DNA of 64,000 nt from Thermoplasmata archaeon (GTDB lineage: Archaea; Thermoplasmatota; Thermoplasmata; Lutacidiplasmatales; UBA184): assembly GCA_035272385.1 (NCBI GenBank), contig DATEQS010000007.1, positions 35,218 through 99,217 on the forward strand. The letters run 5' to 3'. Positions 25,864-33,768 of this stretch are shown here, piece by piece. How positions within the stretch are numbered: the first letter of the stretch is position 1; the number at the start of each line of letters is the position of its first letter. Under the pieces are notes generated by a model. That model was not told the DNA's origin. It did no database searches and was given only the letters and a program-made list of their open reading frames with translations. Both the position numbers and the translations under genes were made by a program.

Positions 25864-27284
25864 TTTCCTTCCTCTTCGAGCAGCTCCTCGATCAGCGCGA
25901 CCTTGCGGTCGAGCGAGGAGAGGGAAGCGATCCGGGCCGCGAGTCGGGCACGGGCCATGACGACCTGACGAGCGACCGCCTGCGGACCCGGTCCTCCGGG
26001 CGAGGCGCGTCGCGCGAGAGCGGCCGTCGGGTCGAGAAGTCCCGAATCCGGAGAACGAAGCACGGGAAGGCCTGCGCGCACGGAGGCGGAATCGACCGGT
26101 CCGGACGCGGCCGCATAGAGCTGGCTCACCGATTCGTGGGCGGTTCGGAAGGGAACCCCCTGGGCCACAAGCCGTTCCGCGATGTCGGTGGCGAACAACT
26201 CGGGGTCCTCGGAGGCTGCGAGGAGCCGAGCATGGTCGAACGCCATGCCCTGGACGGTCACGCAGAGGGCGTCCAGCACTGCGAACACGGTCCCGACCGC
26301 GTCGAGGACCGGGGCTTTGTCCTCCTGCAAGTCCCGATCGTACGCGAGCGGCAGACCCTTCAGGGTCGTCAGGAGCGCCACGAGGTCGCCGACCGTCCGG
26401 CCGGCCTTCCCCCGCACGAGCTCCGCGGCATCCGGGTTCCGCTTCTGCGGCATGAGGCTGCTGCCCGAGCCGAGGGCGGGAGAGCGCTCGAGGAACCCGA
26501 ACTCCTTCGACGCGAACAGCACGACCTCCTCGCCGAGAGCGCTCGCATGGACCGCGAGCAGGGCGAGGTCGAACAGCAGCTCCGCGAACGGGTCCCGGTC
26601 GCTCACTGCATCCATCGAATTCTCGAAGGAGCGGTCGAACCCCAGTCGCTTCGCGGTGAACGCCGGGTCGATCGGGAGGGTCGAGCCCGCCAGAGCGCCG
26701 GCCCCGAGCGGACTGACGTCGGCGCGCTCGGCCGTCGCGAACAGTCGGTCGAGGTCCCGGTCGAAGCGCCAGAAGTGGGCGAGCAGAAGGTGGCCCACCG
26801 TGACCGGTTGGGCCCGCTGGAGGTGCGTGTAGCCGGGCATGGGGACGCTCGCTTCGAGGCTCGCCTTCGCGAGCAGGAGCTCTTCGAGCCCTACCAGCGC
26901 GGCCGCGACCTGGGCCACGGCAGCTCGCAGGTAGAGTCGCTCGTCCACGGCGACCTGGTCGTTGCGGCTGCGAGCGGTGTGAAGCTTCCCGCCGACGGGT
27001 CCCACGAGAGCGGTCAGTCGGACCTCGATGTTCGTGTGGACGTCCTCCAGCTCGTCTCGCCAGGGGAACGAGCCCTCTTTGATCTCCTGCCCGATCGCAC
27101 GAAGCCCCCCGCAGAGCGTGGCGACCTCGGGAGGGGAGAGCAGTCCCACGTGACCGAGCATCTCGGCGTGAGCCACGCTTCCGGCAAGGTCGTAGCGCGC
27201 GAGCGAGCGGTCCACCGACAGGGAGGCGAGGAATCCCGCCTGAGGGGTGCGAACATACGATGGAGTAGGAGATGAATCGGTCAT
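25860..27284 (-). CDS. argH: Argininosuccinate lyase
   Basis: Fumarate-lyase signature GSSLMPQKRNPD. Start is the ATG at 27284. The stop overlaps the lysW start (ATGA). Confidence 0.9.
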   Translation of the reverse strand: MTDSSPTPSYVRTPQAGFLASLSVDRSLARYDLAGSVAHAEMLGHVGLLSPPEVATLCGGLRAIGQEIKEGSFPWRDELEDVHTNIEVRLTALVGPVGGKLHTARSRNDQVAVDERLYLRAAVAQVAAALVGLEELLLAKASLEASVPMPGYTHLQRAQPVTVGHLLLAHFWRFDRDLDRLFATAERADVSPLGAGALAGSTLPIDPAFTAKRLGFDRSFENSMDAVSDRDPFAELLFDLALLAVHASALGEEVVLFASKEFGFLERSPALGSGSSLMPQKRNPDAAELVRGKAGRTVGDLVALLTTLKGLPLAYDRDLQEDKAPVLDAVGTVFAVLDALCVTVQGMAFDHARLLAASEDPELFATDIAERLVAQGVPFRTAHESVSQLYAAASGPVDSASVRAGLPVLRSPDSGLLDPTAALARRASPGGPGPQAVARQVVMARARLAARIASLSSLDRKVALIEELLEEEGK

Positions 27285-27307
27285 GGAGCGGTGCGCACCG
27301 GGCGCGT

Positions 27308-28555
27308 TCAGGTCCGTAGGTCCGGGGTCTTGACCGCCGTGGGCCGGGCCCGGGCACCGACGGCGGCCCACGTTCGCGCCGGGAGCCCCCAGACGTAGAT
27401 GAACCCCTCCGCCATCTGTCGGCGGTACTCATCGCCGGAGGAGTACGTCGCGAGCTTGGGCTGGTAGAGAGCGAGCGGAGAGCGGCGTCCCGAGACGTGG
27501 GCGGACCCCTTGAAGAGCTTCACCGTGACCTCGCCGCTCACACGTTCCTGCGTCGCTTCGACGAACGCATCGAGCGATGTACGCAGGGGAGTGAACCAGA
27601 GGCCGTCGTAGATCAACAGGGTGTAGCGTTGCTCGACCGTGCGCTTGAAGTCGAGAAGGTCGCGCGGGAGGACCAGGGCCTCGAGCGCTTGGTGGGCGGC
27701 GATCAGCACGACCGCGGCGGGGCATTCGTAGACCTCCCGGGACTTGATACCGACCACTCGGGACTCGAGATGGTCGATCCGACCGACCCCGTGGGCCCCG
27801 GCGGTGCGATTGAGCCCGGCGATCAGTTCGTGGAGAGGGGCCCGGTCGCCGTCGACGGCGACGGGCAGACCCTTTTCGAACGCGATGGTGACGTACTGGG
27901 CCTTCGCCGGGGCATCCGACGGCGCACAGGTCCACCCGTAGGCCTCCTCGGGAGGCTCGACCGACGGGTCCTCGAGGATGCCGCACTCGACGGAGCGTCC
28001 CCAGAGGTTCTCGTCGACACTGTAGGGCGAGGACTTCGTCGCGTCGACCGGGACGTCGTGCTCGCGGGCGTAGACGATCTCGTCCTCCCGGGTCATCTCC
28101 CATTCGCGGGCCGGGGCGATGACCGTGAGCTCGGGCGCGAGACCGGTCGTCGAGAGGTCGAATCGGACCTGGTCGTTTCCCTTCCCGGTACAACCATGGG
28201 CCACAAACTTCGCCCCCTCCTGATGGGCCACCTCGACCAAATGACGGGCGATGAGGGGCCGAGCGAGCGCGGTGCTGAGCGGATAGACGCCCTCGTAGAG
28301 AGCGTTCGCGCGCAGGGCCGGGGCGATGAACTCCTCGGCGAACTCCTGCCGCGCGTCGGCTACGTAGGCCTGGGTGGCTCCCGAAGCTTTCGCCTTCGCC
28401 CGGACCTTCTCAAGGTCGACGGGCTGACCCACATCGACGGTGACCGACACCACGTCGGCCCCTTTCGCCTCCATCAGCCAAGGGATCGCGACCGAGGTAT
28501 CGAGCCCCCCCGAGTACGCGAGTACGACCTTGGGCTTCGCGGCGGCGCGCTTCAC
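27308..28555 (-). CDS. argG: Argininosuccinate synthase
   Basis: VVLAYSGGLDTS and GCTGKGNDQVRF motifs. Confidence 0.9.
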   Translation of the reverse strand: MKRAAAKPKVVLAYSGGLDTSVAIPWLMEAKGADVVSVTVDVGQPVDLEKVRAKAKASGATQAYVADARQEFAEEFIAPALRANALYEGVYPLSTALARPLIARHLVEVAHQEGAKFVAHGCTGKGNDQVRFDLSTTGLAPELTVIAPAREWEMTREDEIVYAREHDVPVDATKSSPYSVDENLWGRSVECGILEDPSVEPPEEAYGWTCAPSDAPAKAQYVTIAFEKGLPVAVDGDRAPLHELIAGLNRTAGAHGVGRIDHLESRVVGIKSREVYECPAAVVLIAAHQALEALVLPRDLLDFKRTVEQRYTLLIYDGLWFTPLRTSLDAFVEATQERVSGEVTVKLFKGSAHVSGRRSPLALYQPKLATYSSGDEYRRQMAEGFIYVWGLPARTWAAVGARARPTAVKTPDLRT

Positions 28556-28570
28556 AGAACGTAGCGCACG

Positions 28571-28638
28571 AGGGACAGAGATTTATACCGTGTGACCGTC
28601 ATTGGACAGTTCTGGACCAAAGTGTCCGAAATCGGACA
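28571..28638. promoter_or_regulatory. Divergent argG / ACT-protein control region: shared TATA (28581..28587) and phased GGACA repeats
   Basis: ATTTATA lies 26 nt from the argG GTG. GGACA/GGACC occur at 28573, 28604, 28614 and 28634, and an inverted TGTCC at 28623, with ~10-nt phasing. Confidence 0.3.
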
Positions 28639-28641
28639 ATC

Positions 28642-29286
28642 ATGCCCGACGAGTCGGTAGCGGAGAGAGTTCGCGAGTACCTGGACGCACATCCAGCGCT
28701 CGGCGACGCCATCCGGATGCGAATCGGCAACTATTCGGCCATCGCCCGGCGGGTCTCGGCGGACCTCGGAATACCGGCCACGGACGCGGTCTTGGCCGCG
28801 TGCCGACGCTATCCTCACGGACGGGCGGAGAGCGCCCGGGAGGCGGGAGTGCATCGCGTGATGCGCAAGAGCCGTATCGAGACCCGAACGAAGGTCGCCG
28901 CCGTCACGCTGAGTCAGGGTGCGGATGTTCTCCAGCGCCTCGGGGACGTCGTCGAGGAACTCCTCGACGAGAACCTCCTCTGCCGGGTGATCCAGGTCTC
29001 CCGGGGAACGGTCGTCATCGTCGACGAGGACTCCGTGCCTCGGGTCCTTCGTCGTCTACGGGAGAGCCAGTTGATCTCGGTCCGCAAGAATCTGGTCGAA
29101 GTCGCGGTAACGAGCCCCGAGAGCATCGAAGAGACCCCGGGCCTTTTGCGCCACCTCGCCGGCGTGCTCGCCTCCCAGGAGATCAACATCGTGGAGGCGC
29201 TCTCCTGCTACACCGACACGATCTTTCTCCTGCAGGAGGACGACCTCACGGCCGCGTTGGGGGCACTGACGAAGACCGTATCGTAA
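28642..29286 (+). CDS. ACT-domain protein, predicted amino-acid-responsive regulator (COG2150-like)
   Basis: C-terminal ACT-like segment (PGLLRHLAGVLASQEINIVEALSCYTD). Divergent from the arg/lysW operon. Confidence 0.55.
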   Translation: MPDESVAERVREYLDAHPALGDAIRMRIGNYSAIARRVSADLGIPATDAVLAACRRYPHGRAESAREAGVHRVMRKSRIETRTKVAAVTLSQGADVLQRLGDVVEELLDENLLCRVIQVSRGTVVIVDEDSVPRVLRRLRESQLISVRKNLVEVAVTSPESIEETPGLLRHLAGVLASQEINIVEALSCYTDTIFLLQEDDLTAALGALTKTVS

Positions 29287-29394
29287 GCCGTTCATCGCTT
29301 TCCGGAAAGACGAGCGTCCTACCGAAAATACGAAGCGAGCCGGAGGGCGACCGAGATTCAGTAGCACGAATTCCGGAGACGACATAACCGTTAT

Positions 29395-30573
29395 GTGGGG
29401 TCGCGCGTAGTTCGATACATGGGCGGGCCCCCCGCTCCCTTGAATCCGCCGCCCGTTGCCTCGTCCCCGGCCCGCTCGGCGGTCCTGACGCTGCGGGAGA
29501 AGTTCCTCATCGGGGTGATCTACGCCGTTATCGCGGTCGCCACCACGATCGGTTTCTTGCTGCTGTTGGTGGTCGCGAAGTCCTACGCGCTCTTTCTGCC
29601 GCTCGGGGTCCTGAGCTTCACGCTGGGGCTCCGCCACGGGGTCGACGCGGACCATATCTCGGCGATCGACAACACGACGCGGAAGCTCCTCCAGCAGGAG
29701 CAGCGCCCCCTCACCGTCGGGACCTGGTTTTCCCTGGGCCACTCGACCATCGTCATCGGGATGATCGTCGCGTTGGTCGTCGCCTTTGACTTCGTGAACC
29801 ACACCTACGGAACGTTCGCCGCGGTCGGGTCCGTCCTGGGCACGATCGTGTCCGGGGCGTTCCTTTGGATCATCGGGCTGATCAACCTCGTCATCGTCCT
29901 CGAGATCTACCGGATCTTCCAGGGACTCCGGGCCGGCCATCTCTCCGAGGAAGCTCTCGAAGAGCAGCTCAACAAGCGCGGTTTCATGAACCGCTACTTC
30001 GGCCGTCTCTTCCGGATTGTGAACCGACCCTGGCAGATGTATCCGGTCGGCGTTCTGTTCGGGCTCGGGTTCGATACCGCCTCCGAAGTGACCGTGATCG
30101 CGCTCACGCTGGGGCTGTCGACCGGGGTCGCTCCCGTCCCGGTGTGGACCGCCCTCCTCATGCCGTTCCTCTTCACCTGCGGGATGGTCGTCGTCGATAC
30201 GACCGACGGCATCGCGATGCGCTACGCCTACGGGTGGGCGTTCCTGAAGCCGATCCGGAAGGTCTACTACAATCTGACCATCACAATCATCTCGGTGCTG
30301 GTGGCGTTCGCCATCGGGACCCTCGAGGTCCTCACCGTTCTGGCCTCCGAGCTCGGCCTCTCGGGTCCGTTCTGGAACAGCTTGAACGCGGTCAACGGGG
30401 AAGCCGCCTGGCAGTACGTTGGCTTCGGGATCATCGCACTCTTCGTCGGGACGTGGCTCATCGCCATGGCCATCTACCGACACCGAGGCTACGAGGAGAT
30501 CGGCTTCCCGCCCCGGCTGCCGCCGAGTACCGGACCCGACCGAAACCCCACCGCTCCGGTGATTGAGCCATGA
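29395..30573 (+). CDS. Nickel/cobalt transporter, NiCoT (HoxN/NixA) family
   Basis: Signature RHGVDADHISAIDNTTRK; 8 TM-like segments. The start could instead be the ATG at 29419. Confidence 0.8.
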   Translation: MGSRVVRYMGGPPAPLNPPPVASSPARSAVLTLREKFLIGVIYAVIAVATTIGFLLLLVVAKSYALFLPLGVLSFTLGLRHGVDADHISAIDNTTRKLLQQEQRPLTVGTWFSLGHSTIVIGMIVALVVAFDFVNHTYGTFAAVGSVLGTIVSGAFLWIIGLINLVIVLEIYRIFQGLRAGHLSEEALEEQLNKRGFMNRYFGRLFRIVNRPWQMYPVGVLFGLGFDTASEVTVIALTLGLSTGVAPVPVWTALLMPFLFTCGMVVVDTTDGIAMRYAYGWAFLKPIRKVYYNLTITIISVLVAFAIGTLEVLTVLASELGLSGPFWNSLNAVNGEAAWQYVGFGIIALFVGTWLIAMAIYRHRGYEEIGFPPRLPPSTGPDRNPTAPVIEP

Positions 30574-31028
30574 CGTCACGCGTCGTCCGCGTGGGCGTCT
30601 CGCTCGAACCCGAGCTGTTGGGACAGCTCGATGCGTGGGTGCGCGAACGGAACAGCCCCAGCCGGTCGGACGCGATCCGGGCGCTCATTCGCAAGGAGGT
30701 GTCCGCCCGGACGCTCTCGAACCCCGACTCCGACGCGCTCGGAGTGGTGGCCCTTCTCTACCGCCACGACGCTCCGAACGTCCTCCAACGTCTCACAGCG
30801 GCCGAGCATCGCTGGGGAGAGCACATCCGGTCCACCACGCACGTTCACCTCGAGGGAGATGCGTGCGCCGAAGTGGTCCTGCTGCTCGGCCGGCGGCGGG
30901 AGATCGAGAAAGCAGCCGAGGACCTCCGAGGGGTGAAGGGGGTCCTGGACGGCGGCTGGCTCGTGGCGGCGCCTTCGGTCGCCGGCGGCCGGACGGGCCA
31001 TCACCACCCCCACGGCGGCCGAGGGTGA
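30570..31028 (+). CDS. nikR: Nickel-responsive regulator NikR
   Basis: RHH N-terminus (RVGVSLEPELLGQLD...SRSDAIRALI) and a His/Cys-rich C-domain (HRWGEHIRSTTHVHLEGDAC). ATGA overlap with the transporter gene. Confidence 0.85.
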   Translation: MTSRVVRVGVSLEPELLGQLDAWVRERNSPSRSDAIRALIRKEVSARTLSNPDSDALGVVALLYRHDAPNVLQRLTAAEHRWGEHIRSTTHVHLEGDACAEVVLLLGRRREIEKAAEDLRGVKGVLDGGWLVAAPSVAGGRTGHHHPHGGRG

Positions 31029-32137
31029 CGCGCCCGACGCGCTCGCGTCCGGAGGACCGCCTCGCCCAGGTGGTCCTGAACCAGTGCCTCGGGCTCCGGC
31101 GCGGGGAGGCCCTCACGGTCGAGGCCTGGGACCACGCGCTCCCGTGGGCGCGGGCGTTCGTCCTCGAGGCCCGGCGTCGAGGGTGCGAACCGACGCTCGT
31201 GGTCGAGGACGAAACGGCGTTCTTCCGCTCGCTCGCGCAATCCGGCTCCCGTACGGTTCCGAGCGCTCCGGCGGCGATCGCGGAGGCGAGCGACGCCTAC
31301 GTGTATTTCCCGGGCCCCGAACAGTTCTCTCGCTTGCTGGGACTATCGGCCGAGGAACTGGATGCGGTGCTGGGTCGTCACGGAGCGGGATGGTGGCGGG
31401 CGGCGCGACGAGCGGGGCTCCGGGCGGCGCGCATCGCGGTCGCCGCGGCGACGGCCCCGGCGGCCGCCCGATTCGGGGTGGACCGGGACGCCTGGCAACG
31501 AGAACTGATCCAAGGCAGCCTCGTCGCTCCCGACCGACTCGCCCGAGCCGCGGCCCATCTGGTCCGGCGACTCCATCGGGCCCGTCAGGTTCGCCTCCGC
31601 CATCCGAACGGGACTGACCTCGTGGTCGAACTCCTGCGGGCTCCCCCGGTGGTCGAGGACGGACGGGTGGACCGTGCGGACCGCCGGGCCGGTCGATTGT
31701 GGACGCAGATCCCGACGGGGGTGGTGGCGGTGCCGTTGGTTCCCGGAGTCGGGGAGGGCGTCTGGGAATCGAATCGGGAAACCTACAACCGGTTCGCCGA
31801 CCCGCCGGTCGCGCTCGGAGCGAGGTTCTCGTTCCGACATGGGCGGCTCACGGAGTATTCGTTCGACCGGGGCGGTGCGGCGTTCTCGCGCGAGTACGCC
31901 CGGGGAGGACGGGGTCGCGAACTTCCCGGCGCGCTGACCTTCGGCGTCAATCCCTCGATCTCCCGCGCGCCCGAGGTGGCCGACGTCGCGGCCGGGTCCG
32001 TGAGCCTCCTCCTCGGCGGGAACCGGTCGCTCGGTGGCCGCAATCCTTCCCGCTTCTCCTACCTCACCACGCTCGCTGGCGCGACCGTGGAGCTGGACGG
32101 ACAGCCGTTCCTCGCCGAAGGCGTTCCGGTGAGCTGA
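31025..32137 (+). CDS. M29 (AmpS/PepS)-like aminopeptidase family protein (tentative)
   Basis: The GTG at 31025 overlaps the nikR stop (GTGA). The overall pattern resembles aminopeptidase T-like proteins, but I could not identify the metal ligands by eye. Confidence 0.4.
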   Translation: MTRPTRSRPEDRLAQVVLNQCLGLRRGEALTVEAWDHALPWARAFVLEARRRGCEPTLVVEDETAFFRSLAQSGSRTVPSAPAAIAEASDAYVYFPGPEQFSRLLGLSAEELDAVLGRHGAGWWRAARRAGLRAARIAVAAATAPAAARFGVDRDAWQRELIQGSLVAPDRLARAAAHLVRRLHRARQVRLRHPNGTDLVVELLRAPPVVEDGRVDRADRRAGRLWTQIPTGVVAVPLVPGVGEGVWESNRETYNRFADPPVALGARFSFRHGRLTEYSFDRGGAAFSREYARGGRGRELPGALTFGVNPSISRAPEVADVAAGSVSLLLGGNRSLGGRNPSRFSYLTTLAGATVELDGQPFLAEGVPVS

Positions 32138-32173
32138 CCGGACCCCTCGACCGCCACGGGCCGGAAATTCGAC

Positions 32174-33100
32174 CTAGGGCGAGGGAGGCACGTCGATGCG
32201 TCGAGCGAGCTCGAGAAGGAGCGTCCCGGCGACCTCGAGGTGACGCGCGGAGACCTGCTCAACGTTCACCCCGATCGGAACCGCGAGGTGCTCCGCGCGG
32301 GCCATCTTCGCGACTCCTTCCCACACCGAGACCGCGATCTCGACACTGCGGCGGGCCGCGTCGCTCTCCTCGCCGTCCAGGATCGTGCGCTCCGCGGAAT
32401 CAGGAAGGTCCGCCCCCAGCCACCGTACGAACTCCGCATCCTGGTCGTCCGCGATCGGCGCGACGCTGAGCAGGACGGCGGCCGGAGGGATGGATGCCTG
32501 GCGGCAGAGAAGGTCGTACTGGAGCAGGACCTTGCGCGCGGCCTCGGCATCGAACAAGAGCTGCGTGGTGAAGAACGACGCCCCGGCTCGGGTCTTCGCG
32601 AGCATCCGGTGCGCTTCCCCGGTCCGTTGGGGGATCGCGATGTTGCCGATCCCCCCGCCGGCGGCGGCAAAGATCGGTCGGCAGATCTGGTCCGCCTCCG
32701 CGACCGGAGGCCCCGGATACGGGATGTATCGGCTGCTGCCCCCGACGAGGACGGCGTGCCGGATGCCCCGCTCCACCGTTTCGTGGGCCCAGCGCTCGAG
32801 CGCCTTCGAATCGGCCAGGTGGGCTACGACCTTGTTCAAAATGACTTCCCGTCCCGTGCGCTCGGTGAGGGCTCGCGCATAGGCCGGGAGGTCGCCCGAC
32901 CGGTAGTGAGGCTGTCCTTCGTGGTTCTCGTCCACGAGTTCGGGAATGTCGAGAGCGTCGACCCGGGGAACGGCCTCGATCAACCGGGCGACAGCGGACG
33001 TGCGCTCCTCGACCCGATGGGCGGGAGTTCGGGCGGGAGACGGAACCGGCTCGAAAAGGAGCGGCGAGGCGCGCAGCGCCTCCGATAGAGGACGAACCAT
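32174..33100 (-). CDS. Methylenetetrahydrofolate reductase-like (MetF family) protein
   Basis: TIM-barrel MTHFR-like blocks (VLVGGSSRY..., FFTTQLLFD). ATG at 33100 chosen. Confidence 0.5.
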   Translation of the reverse strand: MVRPLSEALRASPLLFEPVPSPARTPAHRVEERTSAVARLIEAVPRVDALDIPELVDENHEGQPHYRSGDLPAYARALTERTGREVILNKVVAHLADSKALERWAHETVERGIRHAVLVGGSSRYIPYPGPPVAEADQICRPIFAAAGGGIGNIAIPQRTGEAHRMLAKTRAGASFFTTQLLFDAEAARKVLLQYDLLCRQASIPPAAVLLSVAPIADDQDAEFVRWLGADLPDSAERTILDGEESDAARRSVEIAVSVWEGVAKMARAEHLAVPIGVNVEQVSARHLEVAGTLLLELARRIDVPPSP

Positions 33101-33357
33101 ACTCGGGAACCCGCGGAGTAACTTCGGGGGAGTCGAACGGAATAAAGCGTTTCGTCCCCGGAATCGTTTGCAAAGAGCGTAACCGTCGGTCGCGCGGAGC
33201 AATGACGCACCGGAGGTTCGGCGAGAGCGAGGGGAGCACCCTCGCCCGCCCGAACACTCAAGTCGCTCCGGACGCTCGACCCGGCGTGAGCGACCACCGC
33301 CTTGGACCCGCGCTTTCGCTCGTTCGACAGGGACTCTCGGTCGGTCGCGAGTTCGGC

Positions 33358-33768
33358 ATGCACTCCCTCGAAGCGCTCCTCTGGGTCGCGGAGACGGTCG
33401 AAGAATCGGTCTACGTGCCCCGTTCCCTCGTTCGAAATGCTGAGGGTCTCTCTTTCATGCTCGCCAATCCGCCGTTGCGCGTGGGGGCGTTCTCCTCCCT
33501 GCGCTTCTGGGTGGACCGGGTCGAGGTACCTTCCGCTCGAGTACGGCTAGGCACGGGTTCCCCCCGGGCCTGGAGGACCGCCGCCGAGATCAGCGGGGCC
33601 GCTCCGCTCGAGCTCCGTCCCGGTGAACCGACCGAGGTCGCCCTCGACCAGGTCTCGACCGGTGTCGAGCGGGAGGTAACGGTTCGGCTGGAGCTCCAAA
33701 GCGTCGCCATCCCACCGCTGGTCTGGTTCGAGTTCACGGAGGCCCCGCGAACCGAGGCTTCGCCGTGA
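33358..33768 (+). CDS. Hypothetical protein coupled to the debranching-enzyme-like gene
   Basis: 136 aa. Its stop overlaps the next start (GTGA). No family recognised. Confidence 0.35.
   Translation: MHSLEALLWVAETVEESVYVPRSLVRNAEGLSFMLANPPLRVGAFSSLRFWVDRVEVPSARVRLGTGSPRAWRTAAEISGAAPLELRPGEPTEVALDQVSTGVEREVTVRLELQSVAIPPLVWFEFTEAPRTEASP

Noticed and set aside
24960-27275. Very long ORFs in the supplied track: 24960..27275 (+, 771 aa), 25702..27432 (-, 576 aa), 18816..19943, 18850..19875, 7540..8430, 8885..9898, 39784..41028, 42956..44155, 58189..59637, 57230..59197 N-terminal part, 55878..57038 N-terminal part, 23458..24837, 52834..53883, and others.
   Set aside because: These are antisense or alternate-frame to genes with clear family motifs. 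Their translations are low-complexity Arg/Pro/Gly/Asp-rich strings with no recognisable motifs. Stop-codon scarcity in high-GC DNA explains them.
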